From IMG/VR virus record IMGVR_UViG_3300022601_000011: 64,000 nucleotides of DNA; one strand, given 5' to 3'. This document shows, piece by piece, positions 26,975-38,188 of the stretch; position 1 is the stretch's first letter; each line of letters opens with the position of its first letter. The translations under genes were made by a program, and so were the position numbers. Under the pieces are notes generated by a model. It searched no databases and had not been told where the DNA came from. It worked only from the letters and a program-made list of their open reading frames with translations. This stretch comes from a virus (lineage: Duplodnaviria > Heunggongvirae > Uroviricota > Caudoviricetes).

Positions 26975-29359
26975 ATGGATACTATTGTAACTACTCCAAT
27001 TATTGAAGAAGTAGAACAATCATTCCTTGATTATTCTCTTTCAGTAATTACTGATAGAGCCATCCCCGCAGTAGAGGATGGCTTAAAACCCGTAATGCGA
27101 CGCATTTTATGGGAAATGCAGGAAGATGGTATTACAAGTGGAAAACAGTATGTTAAGTGTGCCACGCCAGTTGGCAACACCATGGCCAAATATCACCCCC
27201 ATGGAGACTCCTCAATCTATGGAGCACTCGTTCACGCCTCACAACCTTGGACAATGCGATATCCCCTTATCGATTTCCACGGAAACAATGGTTCCCGTGA
27301 TGGTGACGGTCCTGCGGCATACAGATACACGGAATGCCGCCTATCTCCCATCGCAGAGTCTACGTTGGAACACATCAAAGAAAATACAGTCGACTGGCTG
27401 CCAAACTACAGTGAAACCGGCAAAGAACCCTTGTATCTTCCTGGAAGATTCCCGAATCTGATTTGTAATGGAACTACTGGTATCGCGGTAGCAATGGCAT
27501 GTTCTTTTGCTCCTCATAATCTTAATGAGGTTATGAACGCAATTTGTGCATATGCTCTTGATCCAAACATTTCAGATGATGATCTTTTAAGTCATATTGA
27601 AGGTCCTGATTTTCCTACTGGTGGACTTGTAATTAATAAAAAGGAACTAAAGGATGCTTATCGAACTGGTAAAGGTCGAGCTCGCATTCGTGGAGAATAT
27701 AAAGTTGAAACCAAAAAAGGAAAAGGCGACGTGCTTGTATTCACAACTATTCCTTATAAGGTTTCAAAAGAAAATCTAATTGAAGAAATTGATAATCTTT
27801 GTGAAGAGAAGAAACTCGAAGGAATTACTGAAATTCGAGATGAAAGTAATAAAGATGGAGTTCGTTTCGTAATTGAATTAGCAAAAGGAATTAATGCTGA
27901 TGTCATTGCGAATAAATTATATAGATTGACCGAACTTGAAACTACTTACAGTATCAATCAGGTTGCTCTTGTAAATAAAACTCCAAAACTTGTTACTTTT
28001 AAAGACATGGTTCATTACTATGTCGAGCATCAAGAAGATATATTTCTTCGCAAGAGTAAATATGAATATGATAAACTTCAGACTCGTATTCATATTTTAG
28101 AGGGCTTGATTCGTGCTTCCGAAGATATTGACAATATTATTCATCTTATTAGAAGTGCTGATAGTGCGGCGGATGCTAAAATAACTCTTGTAAGTAAATT
28201 AAAATTTAGTCCCGAACAAGCTCAAGCAATTCTTGATATGAAATTGAGTAAATTGGCCCGAGTAGAAAAAATTGCTTTGAATGAAGAAAAAACAGAAAAA
28301 GAAGCAAGGGCTTTATATCTCGCATCTTTGATTAAAGATAGTGATAAACGAACTACTGCAATGGTAGAAGAGTTTAGAGCTTTCCAAAAATCATATGCAA
28401 AAGATGGTCGTAGAACTACAATTACTCAGTTGGAAGTAAAAGATGAAGATAAAGAAATTGCCGAAATTATGCCTGAACCTTGTGTAGTTGTAATTACAGA
28501 AGCAGGTAATATTAAACGTATTCCGACAAGTTCTTATCGTACGCAGAAACGAAATGGAAAGGGTGTAAAAAATCAGGACGAAATTACGCACAGTGTTATT
28601 AAAACCAATACCATTGATGCGCTAATGGTGTTCTCAAATTATGGAAAAGTGTACCGGCTACCTGTTAATGATGTGCCTGTAGGCACCAACGCAACCCGTG
28701 GAACGTCCATCGAAACCCTTGTTTCCATGGAACAAAATGAAAAATTCGTCACTTTGGCTTCGGTTGAACATAGTACAGCCACTAATCAATATGTGTGGTT
28801 CTTCACTAAAAACGGTCTCATTAAAAAGACTGGGCTGGCTGAATATGCTGGAATGAAACGCAAGACTGGCGTTGTGGCTTTGAATCTACGAGAAGGCGAC
28901 AGTTTGGCAAAAGTATTCATTGCCCCTAATTGTGAAGTAGTTGTACTTACTTCTAAATGTATGAGCTTACACTTTGATGGTTCTGTTGTTGGAGCAACTT
29001 CAAGAACGTCTATGGGAGTAAAGGCAATTAACCTTGCTGAAGGAGACGAAGTTGTAACCGCTATTCCAATTCTTACAAAAGAAAGTATGGTTGGTATTTT
29101 CTTTGAAGATGGTACTGCTAAACGAGTGCCGTTAAAGGAATTTACTATTCAGGGACGTGGCGGAAAAGGACTTAAAGTGAGCAAGAGCGGTAAAGTTGTT
29201 GATGGTCTATTAATCGCCGAAAATGATACTGTTTTAGTTACTAATAAAACTTCGTCTATTTGTATCGCTGCCAATGAAATCTCTACTGGCAGTCGAGCAA
29301 GTCAAGGTGTAATTGTAATTAAAGGAAATAATGTATTGAAAGCTGTGAGGATAAATTAA
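26975..29359 (+). CDS. type II topoisomerase cleavage-religation subunit (GyrA/ParC/T4 gp52-like)
   Basis: N-terminus SVITDRAIPAVEDGLKPVMRRIL and AKYHPHGDSSIYGA (GyrA box region). 794 aa. Confidence 0.8.
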   Translation: MDTIVTTPIIEEVEQSFLDYSLSVITDRAIPAVEDGLKPVMRRILWEMQEDGITSGKQYVKCATPVGNTMAKYHPHGDSSIYGALVHASQPWTMRYPLIDFHGNNGSRDGDGPAAYRYTECRLSPIAESTLEHIKENTVDWLPNYSETGKEPLYLPGRFPNLICNGTTGIAVAMACSFAPHNLNEVMNAICAYALDPNISDDDLLSHIEGPDFPTGGLVINKKELKDAYRTGKGRARIRGEYKVETKKGKGDVLVFTTIPYKVSKENLIEEIDNLCEEKKLEGITEIRDESNKDGVRFVIELAKGINADVIANKLYRLTELETTYSINQVALVNKTPKLVTFKDMVHYYVEHQEDIFLRKSKYEYDKLQTRIHILEGLIRASEDIDNIIHLIRSADSAADAKITLVSKLKFSPEQAQAILDMKLSKLARVEKIALNEEKTEKEARALYLASLIKDSDKRTTAMVEEFRAFQKSYAKDGRRTTITQLEVKDEDKEIAEIMPEPCVVVITEAGNIKRIPTSSYRTQKRNGKGVKNQDEITHSVIKTNTIDALMVFSNYGKVYRLPVNDVPVGTNATRGTSIETLVSMEQNEKFVTLASVEHSTATNQYVWFFTKNGLIKKTGLAEYAGMKRKTGVVALNLREGDSLAKVFIAPNCEVVVLTSKCMSLHFDGSVVGATSRTSMGVKAINLAEGDEVVTAIPILTKESMVGIFFEDGTAKRVPLKEFTIQGRGGKGLKVSKSGKVVDGLLIAENDTVLVTNKTSSICIAANEISTGSRASQGVIVIKGNNVLKAVRIN

Positions 29360-30477
29360 TGTATCCAGAAGCATTAGTTATTGAACCTATGAAAATCAAT
29401 CGCATTCCAGATGGGAAGGAACATATGTTCCCTTCTCTCTGTGAAAGCGGAGATTATTTTGCTCAAATAAAGAAAGACGGTTATTGGTATCAGTTTGAAA
29501 GAACTGAAAACTATTGTTACCTTTTTAGCCGTAATAAAACTGTACAGGGAGTATTGGCAGAAAAAGGAGCAAATGTTCCGCACATTATGTCCACTCTCAA
29601 AATCCTTCCGCCTGGAACCATTCTGGTTGGTGAAATTTATTATCCCGGCAAGAGAAGTAAAGATGTAACTCCTATTATGGGAAGTCTGCCCGAAAAGGCC
29701 ATTGAACGGCAAGAGAAAGAATACGGTTATCTTCATTATTATTTACATGATATTCTTTACTATAAAGGTAGAGATTTAACTAATGAAGGTGCTTCTATTC
29801 GTTATGAAATTTTGAAACGAATTTATGATAGGTATTTGCTTTCAGCATATACAATGAATGATGGTGAATCTTTTATTGAGCTCGCCGAAAGAGTAGATGA
29901 AAATATTCAAGAATTCGTTGCTGATGCTCTTGAGCGTGGCGAAGAAGGTGCTGTTTTAAAAAAGAAAACTGCTCCTTACACTCCTGGTAAGCGTCCTGCT
30001 TGGGATACAATTAAAATTAAGAAAACAGATACATGCGATGCTGTATGTATGGGTTTTTGTGAACCAACTAAAGAATATACTGGTAAAGAAATTGAAACTT
30101 GGCCGTATTGGATTACTACTTTTGATGGTAAAAGCTGGTTCCGTTTAAAAGAAGAATGTAAATATGAGCAGTATAAAGGTGCGCCTCATCTTTATATGCC
30201 TGTTACTCAAGCCTATTATTATGGTTGGGTTACTTCAATGCGAGTTGGAGCTTATGATGATGAAGGTGAACTCCGAGAAATCGGTACAGTATCTTCTGGC
30301 ATGACTCACGAACTGCAAGAAAGTGCTGGCAAAGATCCAACTAAATATTATGGTAAAGTAGTAAAACTTGCTGGAATGGAAAAAGATAGAGAAGCTAAAA
30401 CTCTTCGTCATTTCTATTTCAAAGGTTTCCATGAAGATAAAAATCCTTGTGATTGTTTACTTTCAGAAATTTTTTGA
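29359..30477 (+). CDS. ATP-dependent DNA ligase
   Basis: Motif I KKDGYWYQ (KxDG), motif V EGAVLKKK. T7-ligase-like size (372 aa). Confidence 0.65.
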   Translation: MYPEALVIEPMKINRIPDGKEHMFPSLCESGDYFAQIKKDGYWYQFERTENYCYLFSRNKTVQGVLAEKGANVPHIMSTLKILPPGTILVGEIYYPGKRSKDVTPIMGSLPEKAIERQEKEYGYLHYYLHDILYYKGRDLTNEGASIRYEILKRIYDRYLLSAYTMNDGESFIELAERVDENIQEFVADALERGEEGAVLKKKTAPYTPGKRPAWDTIKIKKTDTCDAVCMGFCEPTKEYTGKEIETWPYWITTFDGKSWFRLKEECKYEQYKGAPHLYMPVTQAYYYGWVTSMRVGAYDDEGELREIGTVSSGMTHELQESAGKDPTKYYGKVVKLAGMEKDREAKTLRHFYFKGFHEDKNPCDCLLSEIF

Positions 30478-30502
30478 CTTTTATAAAAATTTTTGTTATA
30501 AT
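30474..30502 (+). promoter_or_regulatory. consensus sigma70 promoter (copy 1 of a duplicated pair)
   Basis: TTGACT-17-TGTTATAAT. Confidence 0.55.
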
Positions 30503-30535
30503 ATACATGTCGATAAGGGAAGGAAATAAATTCTT

Positions 30536-30733
30536 ATGACAAGAAAGCAGTTGAAAAAACTTGCTATGGAAATTGCCAAGTGTGAAATTGCAGTTCAGAC
30601 TGGCAGTGAAGAAGAAGTTCGCAAAGCAAAAGATAAAATTGTAAAACTGACTGAACAGGCAGATTTAACTTTGGATGATATTGTTGCTTGCGATGAAATG
30701 GTGGCAAAAATTTTAGAAGATAAAAATATTTGA
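30536..30733 (+). CDS. small hypothetical protein flanked by duplicated promoters
   Basis: ORF track; promoter copies at 30474..30502 and 30730..30758. Confidence 0.4.
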   Translation: MTRKQLKKLAMEIAKCEIAVQTGSEEEVRKAKDKIVKLTEQADLTLDDIVACDEMVAKILEDKNI

Positions 30734-30758
30734 CTTTTATAAAAATTTTTGCTATAAT
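30730..30758 (+). promoter_or_regulatory. consensus sigma70 promoter (copy 2)
   Basis: TTGACT-17-TGCTATAAT. The 5' 24 nt are identical to copy 1. Confidence 0.55.
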
Positions 30759-30854
30759 AATCACAGTTAATAACTGATGGCTTACCCCTTCAGATTATTA
30801 TAAATAATATTAAATATAGAATGCGCAGAAAGCGCACAAAGGAGAAATTGAATT

Positions 30855-31130
30855 ATGGCTGCTATGAAGGAAAATACTAAAAAGGTTATCGTTTATCTGC
30901 AGGGTCTGACTGAGGCCGACAATGTTACCGCCGCTGATGTTGCTAGTGCACTTGGCATTGAAAAGCGTTCTGTTGATGGCATCTTTACCTCCGCTATCGT
31001 TCGCAAGGGTCTGGGCACTCGTGTTGAAGCTGAAATCGAGCTTGAAGACGGTACTCATAAGCCCGTTAAGTTCCTGAAGCTGACTGAAGCTGGTCGCGCT
31101 CTGGACGTAAATGCTGTAGAAGAGGCTTAA
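30855..31130 (+). CDS. hypothetical protein (GC3-rich, highly expressed-type codon usage)
   Basis: ORF track; terminator follows at 31144..31175. Confidence 0.45.
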   Translation: MAAMKENTKKVIVYLQGLTEADNVTAADVASALGIEKRSVDGIFTSAIVRKGLGTRVEAEIELEDGTHKPVKFLKLTEAGRALDVNAVEEA

Positions 31131-31143
31131 TTAAGTAATTGAA

Positions 31144-31175
31144 TAGGGCTTGACATAAATCAAGCCCTATTTTTT
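31144..31175 (+). terminator. rho-independent terminator
   Basis: TAGGGCTTGA...TCAAGCCCTA plus T-run. Confidence 0.55.
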
Positions 31176-31180
31176 GAATT

Positions 31181-32137
31181 ATGATTGAAATTATCATTGC
31201 AAATATCGCTGGTATTGTTATCGGTATTGGAGCATTCTTTCTACTCCGTAGTACAGCCTATAGGGAAAAACATGCTGCGGCATTAGCAGAATTAAAACGG
31301 ATTGAGACAGAAACCAAATCATTAGAAGAGCGAGCACAAAGCGCATATATCCAAACTAGTGAATATAATGCGCAAGCCCATTTCTTGGATGATGCTATTC
31401 AAGCTAAAACTCAGCAGTTAAATCAGATTACTATTGGTGTCGAGAAAGCGGAAGAAACTATTCGCGCTAAGATGGTAAAAGAACGTAAAGAATGGTATGA
31501 ATAGTATTGTGATGAATAGGTTGCCGAGATGTAGCAGGCTGCCTTAGATTTTGTAAATTAGTTTGTTTCTGAAAATACTAAAAAATTAGATGAACAAGCT
31601 GAATTACAAGAACAAATTAATTAGTTACGTTCATCTGTTGCTTCTGCTGTTGAATTAGCAAAGCATAAGATGGAGGAAGAAAATAAAATAGAGTTTTATA
31701 GATTACAATTGCCCAGTACAAGCGTGAATGACATTTAGGCTTTGCGTTCAGTTGAAAATCTTTTGAGTAATCCTGAAACAATCAATAAAGTTATTTGGAA
31801 ATCATATTATGAACGTCCTTACACTGATTTAATTGGAAGATTAGGACTGGCTAATTCAGTAACTTGTGGTATTTATAAAATCACCAATATTGAAAATGAA
31901 ATGACTTATATTGGTTAGGCTGTAAATATTGCTGACCGCTGGAAACAGCACATCAAAAGAGGAATTGGTGCTGAAGCACCTATTAACAATAAACTCTATC
32001 CGGCAATGAAAGAATTCGGGCCAGAGAATTTTACTTTTGAAATTGTAGAAGTTTGTCCTCGTGCTAAACTAAATGAAAGAGAAGATTACTGGCAAGATTT
32101 TTATAAAGCAAAAGAATTTGGTTATAGTATGAAATGA
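31181..32137 (+). CDS. TM/coiled-coil N-terminus fused via TAG read-through to a C-terminal GIY-YIG endonuclease domain
   Basis: ORF 31181..31504 ends at a TAG and the same frame stays open to TGA 32137 (8 TAG). The C-terminus carries GIYKITNIENEMTYIG[Q]A...R..H, a GIY-YIG signature. Confidence 0.45.
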
Positions 32138-32146
32138 GGAAATCAT

Positions 32147-32458
32147 ATGATTAGAATTATTGACGGTCGTGGTGTGGGTAAGACCGGCAGCCTCATGCTG
32201 GTAGCGAAGGAAAATAATGCGACTTTTGTTTGTAGTAATCCTCGTGCCATGGAAAATAAAGCAAAAGCATATGGAATCGTTGGCATTGAATTCATGAGCT
32301 ATGAAGATGCTATTGACCATATGCGCCATCCTGATTCTCGGCATGTGCGTGATAGTCGCCGAAAAGCGATGGTTATTGATGAACTTGAACAGTTTGCTCA
32401 GTGCGCTCTTGGTATGAATGGCCCACTTGTGGCATATACGTTAAGCAATGAAGATTGA
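32147..32458 (+). CDS. hypothetical protein (possible P-loop DGRGVGKTGS)
   Basis: ORF track. Confidence 0.4.
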   Translation: MIRIIDGRGVGKTGSLMLVAKENNATFVCSNPRAMENKAKAYGIVGIEFMSYEDAIDHMRHPDSRHVRDSRRKAMVIDELEQFAQCALGMNGPLVAYTLSNED

Positions 32459-32592
32459 TGAATTATGTATTGAAATAAGCATAGGAATTAATGGCGATAT
32501 GCCTTGGCATTATAGCTATTGTTCCTCTATTGAAGAAGCAATAGAAGATTTGAAAAGATTAAAAGAAGAAATACCCACTTGGGAGGAAGACG

Positions 32593-33462
32593 ATGAAGTT
32601 TGAAAATACACAAGTGTGGGGCTTTGAACATGCCCTGCGCGGTATGAGAAATCCTAAAAATAGTTGGGCATAGTCTGATAGTTGGAATATGTCTTGGGAT
32701 GATGATGACGGTCCTGACCATGGTTTTTATTGGATTGGTCCAAAAGATATGAAGCTGGCGAAATCTCTTATTAAGGGTGGTCCTGAACATCGTAAGTTCT
32801 TGCGTTAGATTTTCGTATCTGTGGATATTACCGCTCCTCTTTATTGGTGGAAGGAATTTGATACTTATAAGGTTGGTACAGTAGCAAATAGTACATCTAC
32901 GATGCATACTATCCAAAATGTGCCGATTACCATTGATTCTTTTGAAACCGATGATTATGTAAATATTCCTTTCCCATATGAAGCTCAGCGTGATGATTTG
33001 AAGCATCCTATTGACCCTGACGTAGTTCAGATGGTAATTATTCCTTATCTTGAATACCTGCGCCAGAAGTTCAATGAGACAGGAAATAAGGTTTATTGGA
33101 AGGAACTTATTCGTTGGGCTCCAGAAAGCTGGCTTCAGACTCGCACAGTAACAATGACTTATGAAAATTTGTTCGCTATATGTTCTAAAGGACAGCGTCG
33201 TTTTCATAAGTTGAATGAGTGGTCTGGTAAGGATGATGATACTCTTGAAAATTTCATTCAATGGGTTCGTGATGAAATTCCTTATGCACAAGATTTTATC
33301 TTTATTGATGAATTAGAAACTGATTTTGAAAAAATCGAAAAGATGCTCAAGAGCTTTGGTATTGCCGTAAAGGAAGATGGAGAATATCGTTCCACTACTG
33401 ATGTAATGAATGATGTAGCTGCACTTCTTGCTGGCAATTGGGTACAAGAGCTTAAGAGTTGA
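32593..33462 (+). CDS. hypothetical protein; 2 in-frame TAG
   Basis: ATG 32593 after a GGGAGG RBS. Same frame as ORF 32821..33462 when TAG is read through. Confidence 0.45.
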
Positions 33463-33487
33463 CTTTTTGAAAAATTTATGATATAAT
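33459..33487 (+). promoter_or_regulatory. consensus sigma70 promoter
   Basis: TTGACT-17-TATAAT. Confidence 0.55.
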
Positions 33488-33525
33488 ATATATGTAAGAT
33501 TAAGAAAGGTTAGGGAATAAGTGTT

Positions 33526-33888
33526 ATGTCCAAACAGCAAGAGTTTATCGAATGGGTAGAAGGTCTTATTAGAGGTCAGGTAGAACCTCTCGAAGCATCA
33601 GAAGGTGCGAAAGCATATTTTGAGGCTTTAAAGAATTCTTCTGCTACCACTGAAAAACCTGAATTTACTGACAATGGTAAGGCCATTCTTCAGTATCTGC
33701 AGGAAGTTCCCGTAGGTATGTATAAAGCAAGGGATATTGCTGAAGGTATGTTCATCGCTTCGAAGTCTGTATCTGGAGCAATGCGAAAACTTGTAACCGA
33801 TGGCTATGTTGAAAAAATCGGTAAGGACCCTGTCGTTTATACAATTACAGAAAAAGGTTTGAATGTAAAGTTTGAAGGAGAAAATTGA
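33526..33888 (+). CDS. winged-helix DNA-binding protein (MarR-like)
   Basis: ORF track; own promoter 33459..33487. Confidence 0.4.
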   Translation: MSKQQEFIEWVEGLIRGQVEPLEASEGAKAYFEALKNSSATTEKPEFTDNGKAILQYLQEVPVGMYKARDIAEGMFIASKSVSGAMRKLVTDGYVEKIGKDPVVYTITEKGLNVKFEGEN

Positions 33889-33891
33889 TTT

Positions 33892-34824
33892 ATGAAAAAG
33901 ATGATTAACACCACTCATATTGAGGGTCTGCTCTACGAGCACAAGCTAGAGAAGAAAGTATCTGGTGAAAATTCTAAGAATCCTGGCACTGAATTTATCT
34001 CTGGTACTGTCACTATCGCAACTGATGATGCTCGTATGAATACCGTTTAGGTTCATTTCACTTATGTAACTGCTACCACTTCTAAGGGTGGCGCAAATAA
34101 CACTTATAACGTTCTTAATCGTATTATTGAAGGTGCTCCTTGTGTAACTAAGGATGGCGCTGATAATGCTATTAAGCTTCGTGTTGATTCCGCAATTGGT
34201 TTGAATGAGTTCTTTAGTGACCGTAATGGTGAAAGCGAACTTGTTAGCGCAAAGCGCAATGAGGGTGGCTTCATTCATATCGTAACTGATGAATTGGCTG
34301 AAGATGAAAAGGAACGTTCTACTTTCACCGCTGATATGTTGATTACTGGCACTCGCGATGTGGAAGAGAATCCTGAGCGTAATCTGCCCGCAAAGCTTAT
34401 CCTGAAGGGTTATATTTTCGATTTCCGTAATGCTATTATGCCTGTTGAGTTCTCTGTAATTAACCCCAATGGTATGAAGTATTTCGCAAATCTGGAAGTT
34501 AGTGAGCGTAAGCCTGTATTCACTAAGGTTTGGGGTACTCAGATTTCTCAGACTACTTATCGTGAAGTAATTGAAGAATCTGCCTTTGGTGATAAGAAAG
34601 TCCGTCGTGTTCCTTCTTCCGTAAAGGATTTCGTAGTAACTGGTACTGCTCGTGAGCCTTATCTGTGGGATGACGAAGATGGCATCCTGGCAACCGAGTT
34701 CAATGAAGCAATGGCAAATCGTGAGGTTTATCTCGCAACTGTCAAGCAGCGTCAGGAAGATTATCAGAATTCCAAGAAGTCTGCTCCCATTGCTTCCACT
34801 GCTAAGACTGGTTACAACTTCTAA
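33892..34824 (+). CDS. putative ssDNA-binding / recombination-associated protein; 1 in-frame TAG
   Basis: Continuous frame 33892..34824 with TAG at ~34050. Sits between a regulator and a Sak4-like ATPase. The function is a guess from context. Confidence 0.3.
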
Positions 34825-34841
34825 TAGGAGGGCATTGAATT

Positions 34842-35825
34842 ATGGCAAGTTCTCTTCTTTCTATTAAACCGCATGAGGTCTCTCGCGACCTCAGCGGATA
34901 TTCCGTTCTTCTTTATGGAACTCCCAAGAGTGGTAAAACTACTCTCGCAAGTAAGTTCCCAAAGGCTCTAGTTTTCGCCTTTGAAAAGGGCTATAATACT
35001 ATCCCCGGCATTATGGCATAGCCCATCAATAGTTGGCGTGACTTCCGTAGCTTCCTCGTTGATTTGAAAGATGATGATGTTAAAGAAGCTTATCGCACTA
35101 TCGTAATTGATACCGCCGATATCGCATATGAATATTGTTGCGATTACATTGCTCGTCAAGAGGGTAAAGATAGTATCGGTGACATCAAATATGGCCAGGG
35201 CTACAATAAAGCCCAGAAGGAATTTGATAAGGCCATCCGTAGTATCCTTCAAATGGATTACGGCCTCGTTCTAATTTCTCATAGCCAGGACCGCACAGAA
35301 ACGGATGAAAATAATGTCGAATATATCAAGATGATGCCTACTCTTGATAAGCGTGCCGCTTTAGTTTGCGAGCGTGCTTGCGATATTATTGGTTTGACCC
35401 GTCCTGTTCGAGACGAAAATGGCAAGGTTTCCACCAAGATGTATCTACGTGAGACTCCCCGCTATGTAGCAGGTTCTCGTTTCAAGTATATGGTAGATGA
35501 AATTGATTTGTCATATGACAATCTTGTAAAGGCTATCAATGATGCTATTGATAAGGAAGCCGCTGAAACTGGTAATCAGTATATCACCGCTGCGAAGAGT
35601 AATCTTTATCAGCCTATTGAAGAAAAATTCTATGATTTTGACGCTCTAATGGCTGAGTTTGGTGATGTAGTTGGTACTCTTATGGAGGCTGACCAAAATA
35701 ATCGTAATAAGATTACTGCTATCGTAAATGAGTATCTTGGTGAAGGCCGCAAGGTAAATGAATGCACCGAATATGATGCTCCGGAAATTGATTTGATTCT
35801 CCGCGAATTGCGCAAGTTGGTATAA
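34842..35825 (+). CDS. Sak4-like RecA-fold ATPase (AAA_24); 1 in-frame TAG
   Basis: Walker A YGTPKSGKTT. ORF 35064..35825 is in frame with ATG 34842 through TAG 35031 (…GIMA[Q]PINSWRDF…). Confidence 0.6.
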
Positions 35826-35834
35826 AAATTTTAG

Positions 35835-35866
35835 GCCCCGGATGAAGAATCCGGGGCTTGATTTTT
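35835..35866 (+). terminator. rho-independent terminator
   Basis: GGCCCCGGAT...ATCCGGGGC plus T-run. Confidence 0.6.
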
Positions 35867-35886
35867 TTGAAAATTTATGATATAAT
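35858..35886 (+). promoter_or_regulatory. consensus sigma70 promoter
   Basis: TTGATT-17-TATAAT. Confidence 0.55.
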
Positions 35887-35919
35887 ATATATAGAAGTAA
35901 ATATAGAGAGGAGATTGAC

Positions 35920-36450
35920 ATGGCACACAAGGTCAAGTGTTATTATTGTGGCATTACATTTGATAGAGATAAACTAAAAGAATGTTGTTAGGTCAATTCT
36001 CGTCGTTGGGCTCATACAGAATGTCATGAGCGAGCTCAGGCAGAGAAAACACAATCACAAAAAGACTTAGAAGTTCTTGAAGAATATATCATCAATCTTT
36101 TAGGATTAGATTATATTGACGCAAGAGTAAGAAAACAAATCAATACTTTTCATGATGAAAAAGGCTATTCATATAGCGGTATTCATAAAGCATTAGTATA
36201 TTTCTATGAAGTAAAACAGAACAGTACTGAAAAAGCTAATGGTGGTATTGGTATTGTTCCATACGTATATCAAGATGCTTACAATTATTATTATCATATA
36301 TGGATGGCGAAGCAAACAAATGAAGCAAAGCCGATTGAACAATATGTCCCGCAAGAGCGAGTGATTACGATTCCTCCGCCAAAGCGAGTCGATAAACGAA
36401 AGAAATTGTTCGCATTCTTGGAACAGGAGGAAACTGATAGTGGCGTCTAA
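35920..36450 (+). CDS. zinc-finger protein; 1 in-frame TAG
   Basis: CYYCG...KECC[Q]V...HTECHE. Own promoter 35858..35886. Confidence 0.45.
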
Positions 36451-37975
36451 ATATATTGATACAACAGCAATTCTGCAAGTTATTGGTGGAGTATATAATA
36501 ATTTAAGCCTGCTGGATGCCGATGACACTTTCCCGATTTAGGAAGAAGATTTTCAGGAAGAATTTCATAAAATTGTGTATGGTACAATGTATCATCTTCA
36601 TGAATCCGGAGTTTCTCATGTATCCTTGGAAGTTATAAATGACTTTTTAGAAACTCGGCCGAAACAAAAAGCAGTTTATGAAGCTAATAGAGGAAATGAA
36701 TTTCTTTTAAAAGCATCACAGATGGTCACTAATGGAACTTTCAATTATTACTATGACAGAGTAAAGAAAATGACTCTGCTTCGTATGTATGATAACTTTG
36801 GTATTGATGTATCTTTTATCTATGATCCTGATAATATCTTTGACAACAAAAAGAAAGAGATCCAAGAGGAATGGTTAAATAATAGCACTCTTCAAGAAAT
36901 TGCCGATAAGGTTGATGAAAGAATTGATTCTATTCGTCAGACCTATGCCGAGCAGAATGATAATGGTCAATCTTATGATGCTGGCGATGGTATTGAAGAA
37001 TTGATTCGTCGTTTTGAAGAAACTCCTGATGTTGGCGTTCCACTTTATGGTAATTATATCAATACAATTACAAGAGGAGCAAGATTGGGTAAATTTTATC
37101 TTCGTTCCGCTCCGACTGGTGTTGGTAAGACAAGAAGTATGATTGCTGACGCATGTAATATTGCCTGCGATCGTATTTATGATGATTATCTTGGATGGAT
37201 TAAAAATGGCGTCAAACAACCTACTTTATTTATTGGAACTGAGCAGGATAAAGATGAAATCCAGACTATGATGTTATCTTTCTTGTCAAATGTAAATGAA
37301 GAACATATTTTAAATGGTCAGTATGAAGGCGATGAAAGAGCCAGAGTGTTCGAGGCTGCGAGAATTATCAAAGAGTCTCCGCTTTATATTGAAGTTCTTC
37401 CAGAATTTAACCTTCAAGATGTAGAAAATACAATCAAGAAGCGTATTCGCGAAAAAGAAGTTCAGTATATCTTCCATGATTATATCCATACCAGTTTGAA
37501 AATTTTGGAAGAAATTAGTAAAACGGCAGGTAAAATCGCACTCCGTGAAGATAATATTCTGTTTATGCTGTCTGCTCGATTAAAAGATATTTGTGTAAAA
37601 TACAATGTCTTTATGATGTCAGCAACTCAGCTAAATGGCGATTATCAAGATTCAAAAACGCCAGACCAGAATCTACTTCGTGGCGCGAAAGCGATTGCCG
37701 ATAAAATTGACTATGGTTCTATTTTACTTCCTGTAAGAGAAGTTGACTTAGCTTCTCTTGAGAATGTCCTTAGTAGGAATCCAAATTTTGGAACTCCAAA
37801 CATTAAACTCTCAATTTATAAGAATCGTCGTGGCAGATATAAGAGTGTAATTCTGTGGTGTAAAGCAGACCTTGGAACCTGCCGCATTCAACCGGTATTT
37901 TTGACTGACTTCACATATGAATTACAGTCAATTGAAAATATAAAAATCAATGTACATGAAGAATCTGCATTTTAA
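36440..37975 (+). CDS. DnaB-like replicative helicase; 1 in-frame TAG in N-terminal domain
   Basis: RecA-like C-terminal domain with Walker A SAPTGVGKTR. The N-terminal extension through TAG 36539 gives a DnaB-N-like TTAILQVIGGVYNN...F[Q]EEDF...HKIVYGTM. The GTG start at 36440 is tentative. Confidence 0.65.
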
Positions 37976-37986
37976 AGGAGAATATT

Positions 37987-38187
37987 ATGAAGTATACTTA
38001 TGTTCCTAAGAATAAGCGTATTGACGGACAGACTCTTGAATATACTATGACTCGTACCGCTTTCAATGAAATCGCCGCCAAGCGTGGCGACAAGAAGAGC
38101 AATCCTTATGAGTTTGTTATGAACTACATCAATGATTGCTATGGACTACTTGGATATGTAACTTCCCTTATCGTAGAGGAGCATTAA
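37987..38187 (+). CDS. small hypothetical protein
   Basis: ORF track. Confidence 0.4.
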   Translation: MKYTYVPKNKRIDGQTLEYTMTRTAFNEIAAKRGDKKSNPYEFVMNYINDCYGLLGYVTSLIVEEH

Positions 38188-38188
38188 T

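Noticed and set aside
33892-34824. Confident SSB annotation
   Set aside because: It lacks the recognisable E. coli-type SSB OB motif and acidic DDDIPF tail. It is kept only as a low-confidence ssDNA-binding or recombination guess from gene context.
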